DNA from: Thermoanaerobaculia bacterium
Lineage (GTDB): Bacteria > Acidobacteriota > Thermoanaerobaculia > Multivoradales > Multivoraceae
NCBI GenBank assembly: GCA_963664405.1
Contig: OY761158.1
Coordinates: 6,496,001 to 6,560,000 of the forward strand
DNA length: 64,000 nt
Reading direction: 5' to 3'
Shown: positions 8,542-18,997 of the stretch, one piece after another
Numbering within the stretch: the stretch's first letter is position 1
Layout: every line of letters begins with the position of its first letter
Notes under the pieces: generated by a model
Databases searched by the model: none
Seen by the model: only the letters and a program-made list of their open reading frames with translations
Told to the model about the DNA's origin: nothing
Program-made: the position numbers and the translations under genes

Positions 8542-10464
8542 GTGTATCGGTTCTCTGCATCGTTTCTTCTCCTCCTCGGACTGAGCGGCGTCATCACCGC
8601 TCAAGAGCCGCTGCCCGACCCCGAGTCGCTCGAGTCCGCGTTCCCCTCTCGACGCGGCGGCTACTCGCCGTACGCCGGGCGCAACTTCCCGACCCGGCTA
8701 TTCTGGGGAGAGACGCATCTGCACACGGGGATGTCGTTCGACGCCGGTGCCTTCGGCGCCCGCCTCGGCCCCGATGACGCCTATCGCTTCGCGCGCGGCG
8801 AAGAGGTGGTCTCCTCGACCGGTCAGCCGGTCAAGCTCAGCCGTCCGCTCGATTTCCTGGTCGTCGCCGACCACTCCGACAACATGGGCTTCTTCCCCCG
8901 GCTCTACGGCGGGGAGCCGTCGATGCTCGCAGATCCGAGCGGACGCCGCTGGTACAACATGATCCAGGAGGGCGGCCAGCGTGGCGTCGAGGCCGCCGTG
9001 GAGATCATCCAAGCCATCACCGGTGACACATTCCCGCCCGTTCTCGCGTCGCTACCTGGATCCGACGCGTACCGGTCAGCGTGGCAGCGAACGATCGAGG
9101 CGGCCGAAGCCCACAACGAGCCCGGCAAGTTCTCCGCCTTCATCGGCTACGAGTGGACCTCGACCGACAAGGGCTACAACCTGCACCGGGTTGTCGTGTA
9201 TCGCGACGACGCGACGCGCGCCGCCGTGATGGAGCCGTATACGACGATTTCGCCCGCCGGTAGCCACGACCCTGTCGATCTGTGGAACTGGATGGGGGCC
9301 TACGAGGAGCGCACGGGCGGCCGGGTTCTCGCGATCGCTCACAACGGCAACCTCTCGAACGGTTGGATGTTCCCGATGATCGAGACCTATACCGGCCGGC
9401 CCGTGGACCGCGTCTACGCGGAGGCGCGGGCGCGCTGGGAGCCCCTCTACGAGGCCACCCAGATCAAGGGTGACGGCGAGACTCACCCCTTCCTGTCTCC
9501 GAACGACGAGTTCGCCGACTACGAAACCTGGGACTTCGGCAACCTCGATCTCACGGCGCTGAAGGAAGACTCGATGCTCGAGCGCGAGTACGCGCGCAGT
9601 GCCCTGCAGATGGGCCTTCAGCTCGAGCGCAAGCTCGGCGTGAACCCCTACAAGTTCGGCCTGGTCGGCGCCACCGACAGCCACACTGCTCTGTCAGCTG
9701 TCGAGGAGGAGAACTTCTTCGGCAAGCACTCTGGAGCCGAGCCCAATCCCAAGCGGGTCGAGCACGCGCTGGCGAAGATGGGCGAGCTCGAGTACGCCGG
9801 ATGGTCGATGACGGCGTCCGGCTATCAGGCTGTGTGGGCGACCGAGAACACACGCGAGGCGCTCTTCGACGCCATGATGCGCAAAGAGACCTACGCCACG
9901 ACGGGGCCCCGGATCACGGTGCGCTTCTTCGGTGGCTGGGAATTCGAGGCCGCCGATGTGCAAAATCGCCTGCCTGCCAACTTCGGCTACACCAAGGGGG
10001 TACCGATGGGTGCCGATCTGCCGCGGAGCAACGGCAGCGCCGCCCCGTCGTTCCTCGTCGCTGCGCTCCGCGACCCGATGTCGGGCAACCTCGATCGGAT
10101 CCAGATCGTCAAGGGCTGGATCGACGCCGACGGCGAACGTCACGAGAAGGTCTACGACGTCGCCTGGTCGGGCAACCGCTCGCCCGGCTACGACGGCAAG
10201 GTGCCGCCGGTCGGCAACACCGTCGACGTGGCTACGGCGACCTGGACGAACACGATCGGCAGCCCCGAGCTCGCCGTCGTCTGGTTCGACCCCGATTTCG
10301 ACCCCGACCTTCCGGCCGTGTACTATGCCCGGATCCTCGAGATCCCCACGCCACGCTGGACGGCCTACGATGCACTGCGCTTCGGCATCGACATGCCGAC
10401 CGCGGAGGTGCCGATGACACATCAGGAGCGGGCCTACACCTCGCCGATCTGGTATGCGCCGTGA
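8542..10464 (+). CDS. DUF3604 domain secreted protein (PHP-like metallohydrolase fold)
   Basis: WGETHLHT, DFLVVADH, GYEWTS, AHNGN, TDSH and C-terminal QERAYTSPIWY; AGGAGG RBS. Confidence 0.9.
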   Translation: MYRFSASFLLLLGLSGVITAQEPLPDPESLESAFPSRRGGYSPYAGRNFPTRLFWGETHLHTGMSFDAGAFGARLGPDDAYRFARGEEVVSSTGQPVKLSRPLDFLVVADHSDNMGFFPRLYGGEPSMLADPSGRRWYNMIQEGGQRGVEAAVEIIQAITGDTFPPVLASLPGSDAYRSAWQRTIEAAEAHNEPGKFSAFIGYEWTSTDKGYNLHRVVVYRDDATRAAVMEPYTTISPAGSHDPVDLWNWMGAYEERTGGRVLAIAHNGNLSNGWMFPMIETYTGRPVDRVYAEARARWEPLYEATQIKGDGETHPFLSPNDEFADYETWDFGNLDLTALKEDSMLEREYARSALQMGLQLERKLGVNPYKFGLVGATDSHTALSAVEEENFFGKHSGAEPNPKRVEHALAKMGELEYAGWSMTASGYQAVWATENTREALFDAMMRKETYATTGPRITVRFFGGWEFEAADVQNRLPANFGYTKGVPMGADLPRSNGSAAPSFLVAALRDPMSGNLDRIQIVKGWIDADGERHEKVYDVAWSGNRSPGYDGKVPPVGNTVDVATATWTNTIGSPELAVVWFDPDFDPDLPAVYYARILEIPTPRWTAYDALRFGIDMPTAEVPMTHQERAYTSPIWYAP

Positions 10465-10559
10465 TCCGGGGCCCCGCCGGGCAGAAACTCCTTGCGCATT
10501 CCGCTGGCAGAACAGCCACCTCCTGCCTCGCGTGACTCCGCAAGATCCTCCTCATCCCT

Positions 10560-10616
10560 GGGCCGCCCTGGGGGGAGATTGCGACACGCTGTCGCGAAAT
10601 CTGTATAGAGGCGACA
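10560..10616 (+). repeat. orphan copy of the terminal-type TGTCG-N17-CGACA site
   Basis: GCGACA-3 bp-TGTCGCGAAATCTGTATAGAGGCGACA (10590-10616), same layout as 27182-27238. Confidence 0.6.
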
Positions 10617-10940
10617 TCACCCGCTTCCAAGAGCCTCCCGTCCTGGCACCTTCCAAGGTAGATGACGCCACAGACTGAGCCGCGTTGGATCGGAGACGAG
10701 CAGCTCCCCTCCCTTGCATTCTTGCGAGGCGTTGCTATGGTGGCTAAATAGGAAGTCCTTTTTAGCACTGCCTTGAGCTCCCCTCTCGACCCTTATGGAA
10801 TGGGGGTTTTCAAGGCTCTAATCTGACTACTGGACGCAACGCCCGAAAAGTGAGCCAGCCAACGCTTAGAAAGTGATCCACCCTCGGCCAAAAGCCGGTA
10901 GCTTGGTCTTGTGAAAAAGGACTGAGCTACTGGAGGAAGG

Positions 10941-12389
10941 ATGCTGAAGATGGATCAGGTACATGTTATCCGGCACAAGGTGCTGATCGAGGGTCGTAGC
11001 GAGCGATCGGTGGCCCTTGAGCTGGGAGTGAGCCGGAATACGGTTCGCAAGTACAGGGAGATGAGCGAGCCTCGGCGGGTGGTGTTGGCACCGCGCCGTC
11101 GCATGGTGCTGGAGCGGGTGGCTCCGCGTATGGAGGAGCTTCTTGAGGATTGGTCGAGACGGACGACTCGCAAGCAGCGGATCACGGGGAGTCGTCTGCA
11201 TAGCGAGCTGGTGTCGGAAGGCTTGGAGGTCGGGATCACGACCGTTCGGAGCTACTTTCGAGAGTGGAAGCGTCAGCGTCAGGAGGCCTACATCCCGCTG
11301 ATCCACCGCCCTGGGGAGGAAGCGCAGGTGGACTTCTTCGAGGTCACGGTCGAAGAAGACGGCACCGCACACCGGGTGTGGAAGTTTGTGATGCACTTTC
11401 CGTACTCGGGCCGTTCGTTCGTCTGGCTCTACGATCGCGCGGACCAGGTGTCGTTTCTGGAGGGTCACGTTCGAGCCTTCGCGTACCTGGATTGCGTTCC
11501 CCATCGTTGTGTTTATGACAATTTGACAGCAGCCGTCCGTCGCCGGGTGGGCGTCGAGCGGGTACTGACGGATCGATTCCAAGCGTTGGTGAGCCACTAC
11601 TTGTTCGAGGCTTGCTTCGCGCGTCCCGGTGAGGGTCACGACAAGGGGAGCGTGGAGTCTCGAGGCAAGGGTTTACGCTTGGCGCATCTGACGCCAGTGC
11701 CTCGGGGTCGATCTCTGACCGAGATCGCGGAGTCCGTTCTCGCATCGGTGGAATCGGCGTTCCACAGCAAGGCGGGGCCGAAGTGGGAGGAGGAGCTGAA
11801 AGGGATGCTCGAGCTCCCGCGGTTCGCGTTCGACCCCAGATCGCCGGAAGTGGTGCGGGTATCCCGCCAGGCGATGGTGCAGGTGAAGGGATCGACCTAC
11901 TCGGTACCGTCACGGTGGAAGAGTCTGCAGATCTCAGCGCTGATCGGAGTCGAGGAGATCACGTTTCAGTGCCGCGGCGAGGAGGTTCACTCTCGCCGTG
12001 TCCGTCGGGGGAAACGAGAGATTCTCTATTCCCACTACTTCGACGAGCTCGCTCGCAAGCCGCAGGCGGTGCGCCAAGTGGCGCCGGAGCTCTTGGCCGA
12101 GCTCGGCGAGCCGTACCGCAAGCTCTGGACGATGCTGGACTCGCGCTATGGAGCCTTGGAAACAGCGCGACTGTTCGCCAAACTGCTGGGCTCGGTGTTG
12201 GATCACGGGACCGAGGATGTAGCCGTGGCGCTCGAGGAAGCACTCGGTGCCGGTCGTTTTGACCTGCTGAGTCTCGAGCGGCCTGTTGAGCCCTCGAAAA
12301 ACGAGGTTCCCGAGGGTCTCAAAGAGCACGAGATCGAATCCGCTCGAGCCGCTGACTTCGACGCGCTGCTAGAGGGGTCTGTGTCATGA
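10941..12389 (+). CDS. istA: IS21 transposase IstA
   Basis: EAQVDF, VYDNL, DKGSVE. Confidence 0.95.
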   Translation: MLKMDQVHVIRHKVLIEGRSERSVALELGVSRNTVRKYREMSEPRRVVLAPRRRMVLERVAPRMEELLEDWSRRTTRKQRITGSRLHSELVSEGLEVGITTVRSYFREWKRQRQEAYIPLIHRPGEEAQVDFFEVTVEEDGTAHRVWKFVMHFPYSGRSFVWLYDRADQVSFLEGHVRAFAYLDCVPHRCVYDNLTAAVRRRVGVERVLTDRFQALVSHYLFEACFARPGEGHDKGSVESRGKGLRLAHLTPVPRGRSLTEIAESVLASVESAFHSKAGPKWEEELKGMLELPRFAFDPRSPEVVRVSRQAMVQVKGSTYSVPSRWKSLQISALIGVEEITFQCRGEEVHSRRVRRGKREILYSHYFDELARKPQAVRQVAPELLAELGEPYRKLWTMLDSRYGALETARLFAKLLGSVLDHGTEDVAVALEEALGAGRFDLLSLERPVEPSKNEVPEGLKEHEIESARAADFDALLEGSVS

Positions 12390-13138
12390 GCCGGGCTGCG
12401 CGTCGGGCGGTGATGCAGGAGTACTTGCGGAGCTTGAAGCTTCCCTCCGTCCTTCGAGACTACGAGGATCGAGCCCGGCAGGCTCAGGACGGCCAGTGGG
12501 ACTACGAGGACTACCTGCGCGATCTGCTAGACACGGAGATCCGGGACCGAGAAGCCCGAACCGTGCAGCGCCGGCTCAAGTCGGCTCGCTTCCCCGACCA
12601 CAAGACACTCGAGCAGATCGATTGGAACGCCCTGTCTGGAGTCTCCAAGCCGAAGCTCAACGAGCTCGCCTCGTGCGAGTACATCGAGCGTGGCGAGGAC
12701 ATCATATTGGTCGGCCCGATCGGCACGGGAAAAACGCATCTGGGTATTGCACTGGGCATCGAGGCCGCGAAGCGCCGGTACCGTGTGCTCTTTTGCAAGG
12801 TCTCCGACTTGGTCCGCGATCTGCTCGAGGCGCGCGAGCACCGCGAGCTCCGCCGACTCCAGCAACGCCTTCTACGAGTCGACCTCTTGGTCTGCGACGA
12901 AGTGGGCTTTGTGCCGTTCGACCGGGCTGGAGGGGAGCTCCTTTTCAACGTCTTCGCGGATCGATACGAGAGGAAATCCACGATCGTGACGTCAAATCTG
13001 GCGTTCTCAGAATGGGTCAAGGTCTTCGCCGACGAAAAGCTCACGACGGCGCTTCTGGATCGGCTTTCGCATCATGCCCACATCCTCACCACCAAGGGCT
13101 CCTCGTACCGCACCCGCTCTCGGAGAAAAGTCAAATGA
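12386..13138 (+). CDS. istB: IS21 helper ATPase IstB
   Basis: [23 protein letters not shown]; ATGA overlap with istA. Confidence 0.95.
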   Translation: MSRAARRAVMQEYLRSLKLPSVLRDYEDRARQAQDGQWDYEDYLRDLLDTEIRDREARTVQRRLKSARFPDHKTLEQIDWNALSGVSKPKLNELASCEYIERGEDIILVGPIGTGKTHLGIALGIEAAKRRYRVLFCKVSDLVRDLLEAREHRELRRLQQRLLRVDLLVCDEVGFVPFDRAGGELLFNVFADRYERKSTIVTSNLAFSEWVKVFADEKLTTALLDRLSHHAHILTTKGSSYRTRSRRKVK

Positions 13139-13471
13139 GCCGCTCTCGAGGGGTACCTACGGCCTGCACCAGGCAGAGATCGGGCCTCTACGAGCCTCTC
13201 CGCGCGGCCGTCGCTCCGGAATCGGCTGCGGAATCTGACCGCCTGCGGAAAACGGCAGACCGTTTCCACGCAGGCCTTGGAAAACCGGCAGACCGGTTTC
13301 CCACAGCTACCGCACCCGCGACGACGACGATCTAGTACTGAAGCACTGAAGAAGGGAGAAAGACAGGAAATCCCGTACACTCAAACTTGCTGAGAGTGGC
13401 TCACTTTCAAAACGGTGAACGGCTCACTTTTCAAACGTTGCCACCAGACTACCCTTTTTAGCCACCCATCT

Positions 13472-14104
13472 ATGCCCTCATCATCCACCAAACGCGTCGC
13501 GATCTACGCCAGGGTCTCGACCATCGACAAGAACCAAGATCCGGAGACACAGCTTCGAGTGCTTCGAGATCTCGTACACCACCACGACGGCTGGAGTGTT
13601 GCCGACGAGTTTGTCGACCATGCCAGTGGTGGGACGACGGATCGCGAGCAGTACCAGGAACTTCTCGACAGCGTGCGCAAGCGCCAGGTCGACGTTGTTC
13701 TCGTCTACCGCTACAACCGCTTTGCTCGATCGACCCGGGAGCTCATCAACGCACTCGAGGAGTTTCGCGCCCTCGATGTCGACTTCATCTCCTACTCCGA
13801 GAACATCGACACCACGACACCCCAGGGAAGATTTTTCTTCACAGTGATCGCTGGTTTTGCGGAGCTCGAACGCGAGCAGATCTCAGAGAACGTGCGTGTC
13901 GGTATGGCCAGAGCACGAGCGCAAGGCAAACAGATTTCCCGACCTCGGATCCCGGAAGCCAAGCAGAAGCAGCTCCGCGATCTCGCTGCATCCGGCAAGT
14001 CGAAACGCTCGATCGCTCGGGAGCTCGGCATCAATCGCCAGACCGTGGCGAACTATCTAGCGGAAAAAGCCCAAGAATCACCTGCTCCAAAAGGGGGTCC
14101 CTAA
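13472..14104 (+). CDS. small serine recombinase (resolvase/invertase) with C-terminal HTH
   Basis: IYARVST catalytic Ser, RFARS, AELERE, C-terminal SIARELGINRQTV. Confidence 0.92.
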   Translation: MPSSSTKRVAIYARVSTIDKNQDPETQLRVLRDLVHHHDGWSVADEFVDHASGGTTDREQYQELLDSVRKRQVDVVLVYRYNRFARSTRELINALEEFRALDVDFISYSENIDTTTPQGRFFFTVIAGFAELEREQISENVRVGMARARAQGKQISRPRIPEAKQKQLRDLAASGKSKRSIARELGINRQTVANYLAEKAQESPAPKGGP

Positions 14105-14263
14105 ACCCTGCGGGGCCTGTAGCTACGGGCTCACGGGCTCTTTCGCTGCCAAGAGAAGGTGTCCCTAAAGGAGTGCCTTTTGAGCCCTCAGCGGCCCGCC
14201 ATCCACCACGACAGGGCGAGATCAACGCCTCTCCGCCCGCTTTTATTCAGATCGGGCTATACG

Positions 14264-14290
14264 TGTCGTAGTGCGCCAGATTTCGCGACA
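14264..14290 (+). repeat. 27-bp cassette-boundary site (CGCC-type box)
   Basis: GCTATACG-TGTCGTAGTGCGCCAGATTTCGCGACA. Confidence 0.8.
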
Positions 14291-14293
14291 CGC

Positions 14294-14338
14294 TCAACCA
14301 GTCGGCGCCAGCCGCTCAAGCTCCTCGAACCAGTGGAG
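14294..14338 (-). pseudogene. 3' remnant of a kinase/propeller gene
   Basis: Encodes LHWFEELERLAPTG*; compare QNWFEELERLVPTD* of 21548-24226. Confidence 0.75.
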
Positions 14339-14346
14339 GGCGGCGT

Positions 14347-15789
14347 TCACCGAACACCCAGCACCGCGCGACCGGGAGCCACACCCTCGACCAGCTGGCC
14401 GTCTCTGAGTACTGCAGTCCCTCCGACGAGCACGTGGATCATCCCCTGGGACGGAGTATCTCCTTTGGTGAACGTGGACCGGTCGAGGATGGTGTCGGGA
14501 TCGAAGATCGCGAGGTCCGCATCGGCGCCGACCTGCAATCGGCCCTTCTTCTTCATCGCCGGCGCAGCGCCTGCGAGCCGTTCGGCGGGCAGCAGAGTCA
14601 TTTTCGCGAGCGCATCCATCAAGCTCAGCGCGTTGCGTTCCCGCACGTAGTGTCCCAACACCCGCGAAAAGGTGCCCGCGCCTCGTGGGTGTGCGGGACC
14701 GTAAAGATAGGGAATCCCGTCGCTCGCGACCATCACGTCCGTCTGGGCGGTGATCCATTCGTTGGTCTCTTCGTTGCGTCCGTGAATGATGACCCAGCCC
14801 CCTTGTTGTCGATACTTGGTGAAAGTCGCGGTCGTGAGTCTTTCGCCAGTCGGGGGCCACTGAAGTTGCTGGTAGTCGTCGTCGGTCAAGTCCTGCCACG
14901 AATCGAACCACGCGGATTGGATCAACGTCGAGCCGGCGGTGTACGGATAGGCTTCCGTCGTGACGTCGAGCCCGCGCTCCTGCGCGCCTCGAATCATCCC
15001 CAACGTGACGCGCGCCAACTCGTCGGAGCTGCTGTTCATGTGAACGATGTGGGCGGAGACGCCGGTCGACGCGGCGTTCGAAAGGACTTCCTGAAACGCA
15101 CCGAGCGTGCCGCCGGAGTTCTCGCCGCGGACATGGATGTAGATCGGCACGCTACGGGAAGCGGCGAGATCGAACAGCTGCAGAATCTCCACCCGAGAAG
15201 CGCCGGGGGTGTACGTCAGGCCGAACCCGATTCCGAGAGCGCCTTCGTCCAGCCCCTGTTCGAGCATCGAGCTCAGCTCTGAAAGTTCGTCTTCGGTCGC
15301 GAGTTTGTAAGCGTGCTGGCCCTTGTTGAGCTCGGCCTGCTCGTCTGGCGGAAGCGTCGGAAGATGTTTCAACGCGACGCCGTCCATGAGCTTGGCTCGC
15401 GCAGGCCAGTGCCCGACCGTTGCCCCGTAGTGGATCAGAGCGCCTTCTCGTGACGTGAGCCACTCACCGACGGGGTAGACACCTACTTCCATCTCGAGCG
15501 CGGTCGTGACGCCGTCGGCGGCTTGCAAGCGGTTGCTCACCGGATCCTGTCCATGCGCGTGAAGGTCGATGAAGCCGGGTGCGACGACGAGTCCATCCGC
15601 CTCGATGGTCGCACGGCCTTCGAGCGGTGACTCGCTGATGGCCGTGATCCGACCGTCGGAAATCCCGACGTGCCGCACCGCGTCGAGGCCGGTCTCGGGA
15701 TCCATCACCGACCCGTTTTCGATGACGAGATCGAAATCTTGGGCCGGCGCCAGCGACGCGAACGCTAGTAGTATGAGAAATGGTTTCAT
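14347..15789 (-). CDS. secreted amidohydrolase (D-aminoacylase / D-glutamate deacylase-like)
   Basis: Signal peptide, PGFIDLHAH, ASDG, HPRGAGTF, KGRLQVGADADL. Confidence 0.88.
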   Translation of the reverse strand: MKPFLILLAFASLAPAQDFDLVIENGSVMDPETGLDAVRHVGISDGRITAISESPLEGRATIEADGLVVAPGFIDLHAHGQDPVSNRLQAADGVTTALEMEVGVYPVGEWLTSREGALIHYGATVGHWPARAKLMDGVALKHLPTLPPDEQAELNKGQHAYKLATEDELSELSSMLEQGLDEGALGIGFGLTYTPGASRVEILQLFDLAASRSVPIYIHVRGENSGGTLGAFQEVLSNAASTGVSAHIVHMNSSSDELARVTLGMIRGAQERGLDVTTEAYPYTAGSTLIQSAWFDSWQDLTDDDYQQLQWPPTGERLTTATFTKYRQQGGWVIIHGRNEETNEWITAQTDVMVASDGIPYLYGPAHPRGAGTFSRVLGHYVRERNALSLMDALAKMTLLPAERLAGAAPAMKKKGRLQVGADADLAIFDPDTILDRSTFTKGDTPSQGMIHVLVGGTAVLRDGQLVEGVAPGRAVLGVR

Positions 15790-15930
15790 GACGCGCACAC
15801 GATTATTCCATCAGGCCCCGTAGTACAGGATCTCGTAGTGACGCAGGCGCGTGCCTGCTTCTAGTGACATCGGTGGGCGGATCTTATCGGACGTGCGAAG
15901 CAGTCAGCGGATCAGAGAGGTGATCCCCCC

Positions 15931-16023
15931 TGTCGCAAAGCACCGAATTTCACGACAGCCCCTTCTCTCAGAGGGTCATCTGCTTTCGGCTATACCTGTC
16001 GCAGAGCGCCCAAAAGTGCGACA
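15931..16023 (+). repeat. paired cassette-boundary site (CACC box 15931-15957, CGCC box 15997-16023)
   Basis: Two TGTCG-N17-CGACA boxes 66 bp apart, with GCTATACC before box 2. Confidence 0.85.
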
Positions 16024-16027
16024 CGCG

Positions 16028-18702
16028 TCACTCGGTAGGTACGAGGCGTTCCAGCTCTTCGACCCAGCTCTCGACTATCACGACCCCTCCGTTCGACGAG
16101 TCCCCCCCCTGTCTAGCCATGACGAATCGTTGCCCATCAAGCGAGACGTCGTAGTTCGGGTTCCCGTTGGGATCTCTTGCATAGTTCCCCTCAAACAGGA
16201 TCTTCGGTCTCTGAGGCGAGAGTGGGCCAGAGGTCTGAACGCTCACCGACATCATGCGCAGGCCGTCGCGATAGAAGAGCTCGCGCCCGTCTCGGGACCA
16301 CAACGGCTCGCGTCCCCCTTCACTCGAGACCTTTACGGCGCCGCGGGGACCTGGGAAAGGAGCAACGAAGACCTCATCCGGCCCTTCTTCGTCGGAAACA
16401 TAGGCGAGCCAACGACCGTTTGGCGAGAGCACGGGCGCTCTTTCGTCATTCGGCGTAGACAGCCATGGCGACCTCTCACCTTCATGCAGTATCCAGATGT
16501 CACGCTGTGTGGACGGCGGGATCTCGTAGTAGACGAGGGTCTGCCCGTCTTGCGACCAGTTTCCTGGGGCTTGGATGATCTGGCCCTCAAGCAATTGGAG
16601 AGGCTCTGTGCTTCGGTCGGCGGCGACGACATGAAGATTGCGCCAGCCGCCGACTCCCCGTGTCTGAAACGTGATGCTCTCGCCGTCTGCAGTCCAAATG
16701 GGCCACGAGGCACCAAAATCGGTAAGGCGCGAGAAGATGTCTCGTTGCAGGTCGTAGAGCCAGATGTCCGGGGTGCCTCGAGTTACTCCGAGGGCGAGAC
16801 TCATCCCGTCTGGCGAAAGGCGGGGCCAGCTTGCAGCGCCGTCCGACGTCGCCAGGAGTTCTTCGTCTCCATCTCGATCGACCCAGACCAGGGTGTCGCT
16901 CACAATCTGGCCCAGCTCGTACGCGAGCGTTCCGTTCGAGGAGACCGAGATGCCGGCTCTCGTGTCGACGGCCCGCCTACCGTCCGTAGAGCGCAACGAG
17001 CGCAACGAGTGGATCACAGGGGCCGGTTCTCCAACGATCTGGACATTCTCTAGATCGAAGGGAGCTGCCCAAATGGCATCCCCACGAAGGAAGACAAGGT
17101 GCCCCGGTGGGACGAATCGCGGATCGGTTGCGTCCTCGATAAGGAGTCGCCGATTCTTCCCGGTGGCGACATCGGCGACCTCAACGTTGTAGTCCCCGTC
17201 GTCGCCCGTGACTAAGAGAAAGAATTCAGCACCCGCAAGAAGTTGCGGTCGCCAGGGAACGAAACCGCTGTCGAAGGTAAGTATATTCTCAGGCTCGCCT
17301 CCCGAGCCTGACACTTTGAGGATCCCCTCGCCGTCCATGCCGAAGACGATGAGGTCTCCCTCCCAACTCGCGCCTCTCACAATGTTGTGGACCTCGCACA
17401 GAGATACAGGAGTCCCTCCTGCAAGCGGGATCTTCCGCATGTGTGCCCCATCCAGGAAACCGACCCAAGCTCCATCTGGTGAGAAGAATGGCGAGGATGC
17501 GCCTTCAGTTCCCAGAATCGGAGAAGCCTCGAGGGTGTCGAGACGGCGTCGATAGAGACGGGCGACACCCTCTTCCTCGCCAGTGAAGACGAGAGTTCTG
17601 CCGTCCGGTGAGAGGGCGATCAAGGATGCAGAAGAGCCCGAGACCTGGCTCAAGGGAAGGTTCAGGAGGTAGCGAGAGGTGGGGAGCGGTTGGGAGAGAG
17701 GCCGCGGCCGATTCCAAACTACGATACCTGTTGCTGCGGACCCCAGTATCAAGGCGCAGATCGCCGTGGCAAAGGAACCGCGCGAGAAGGACCTTCGATC
17801 GGAGGGGTCGGGAACCACCGTCGTTGTCGCGTCCAAGCCCGAGAGAGACTCTTCGATCTCGATCCGGGCCATGGCGATGTCGGGAATGCGCTGCTGCTTT
17901 TTTTTCTCGAGAGAACGCCGTACCAGCCGCCGAATCGATGAAGGCAGTTCGACCGGCAGCGCCTCAAGGTCCGGCTGGTCCCGGAGCACTGCTGCCAGAG
18001 TGTTGGGCGCATCTTCACCTTGAAAGGCGCGCTGCCCGGTCAGTGCCTCGTAGAGGCAAGCACCGAAGGCCCAAACGTCGGTCCTCTTGTCCACCGCCTT
18101 TCCAGACGCCTGTTCCGGGCTCATGTAGGCTGCGGTGCCGAGGATCTGTCCGCGCTGCGTCGCCGCAAGGGTGAGAGTGGGTGAGTTGGAGAGGCCCGGA
18201 TCGACCATGTCAGCCTCTTTGACCATGGCCTTCGCCAGGCCGAAGTCGAGGATCTTGACGTTCGACTCATCCGTGCCGAGCTTGATGTTGGCAGGCTTCA
18301 GATCGCGGTGGATGATGCTCTTCTCATTCGCCGCCTCGAGCCCCTCTGCGATCTGCAGGAACAGCGGCAGCGCCTCATCGACAGGGATAGCTCCTCTCTT
18401 GATGCGGTCAGCCAACGTCTCGCCCTCGACCAACTCCATCACGAGGAAGTTGGTATCGCCTTCCCGTTCGAAGGCGTGGAGGCTGGCGATGTTCTTGTGG
18501 TTGAGCGAGGCCAGGACCCGCGCCTCGCGCTCGAATCGAGCTAGACGCTCCGGGTCAGAGGCGACCTCGTCGAGAAGTGCTTGATCGCCACCTCGCGGCC
18601 CAACTTGGTGTCGCGAGCTCGATACACCTCACCCATGCCCCCTGCACCGAGGGAAGAGACCACTTCGTAGTGGCCGAGGCGAGTGCCAGCTTCTAGAGCC
18701 AT
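16028..18702 (-). pseudogene. Ser/Thr kinase-TM-TolB/PD40 beta-propeller protein, frameshifted near codon 42
   Basis: GAGGMGEVY...VAIK in one frame and HRDLKPAN, DFG, SPE in another; 1-bp loss near 18578 relative to paralogs. Confidence 0.88.
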
Positions 18703-18763
18703 TGACTTGGCGACATCATACCCGTCGCCCGGGGGATTCAGCGGCTCAGAGCTCGATTTGCGA

Positions 18764-18855
18764 TGTCGCAAAGCACCCGGAACTACGACAGTTCGCCGAT
18801 TTCGGCGTTATCGAGATTCAGCTATACGTGTCGTCTCTCGCCAGATTTCACGACA
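18764..18855 (+). repeat. paired cassette-boundary site (boxes 18764-18790 and 18829-18855)
   Basis: TGTCGCAAAGCACCCGGAACTACGACA ... GCTATACG TGTCGTCTCTCGCCAGATTTCACGACA. Confidence 0.85.
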
Positions 18856-18997
18856 CTGACGATGTTGTCCATTGCACCTTCCACTACAAAAGGTGCCAAC
18901 TCGTTTGAGAACCGTGACTATCAGTCCGTTAAGGACGACGGCGATCGCGACGCCCGCAAGACTTGGGAGATCCGGGCGCGGAACCGGTGCTTCGGCT

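Larger units (their letters stand above)
10831..13446 (+). mobile_element. IS21-family element, 2616 bp (second type)
   Basis: TGGACGCAACG.../...CGTTGCCACCA ends with tandem GAAAGTGAGCC-type repeats; 6-bp TSD GACTAC at 10825-10830 and 13447-13452. Confidence 0.93.

Noticed and set aside
15851-17053. Long plus-strand ORFs opposite real genes (also 24506-25675, 3111-4289 on minus, and the 5' part of 60213-62273)
   Set aside because: These are antisense or upstream shadows of GC-rich genes with no recognisable motifs.
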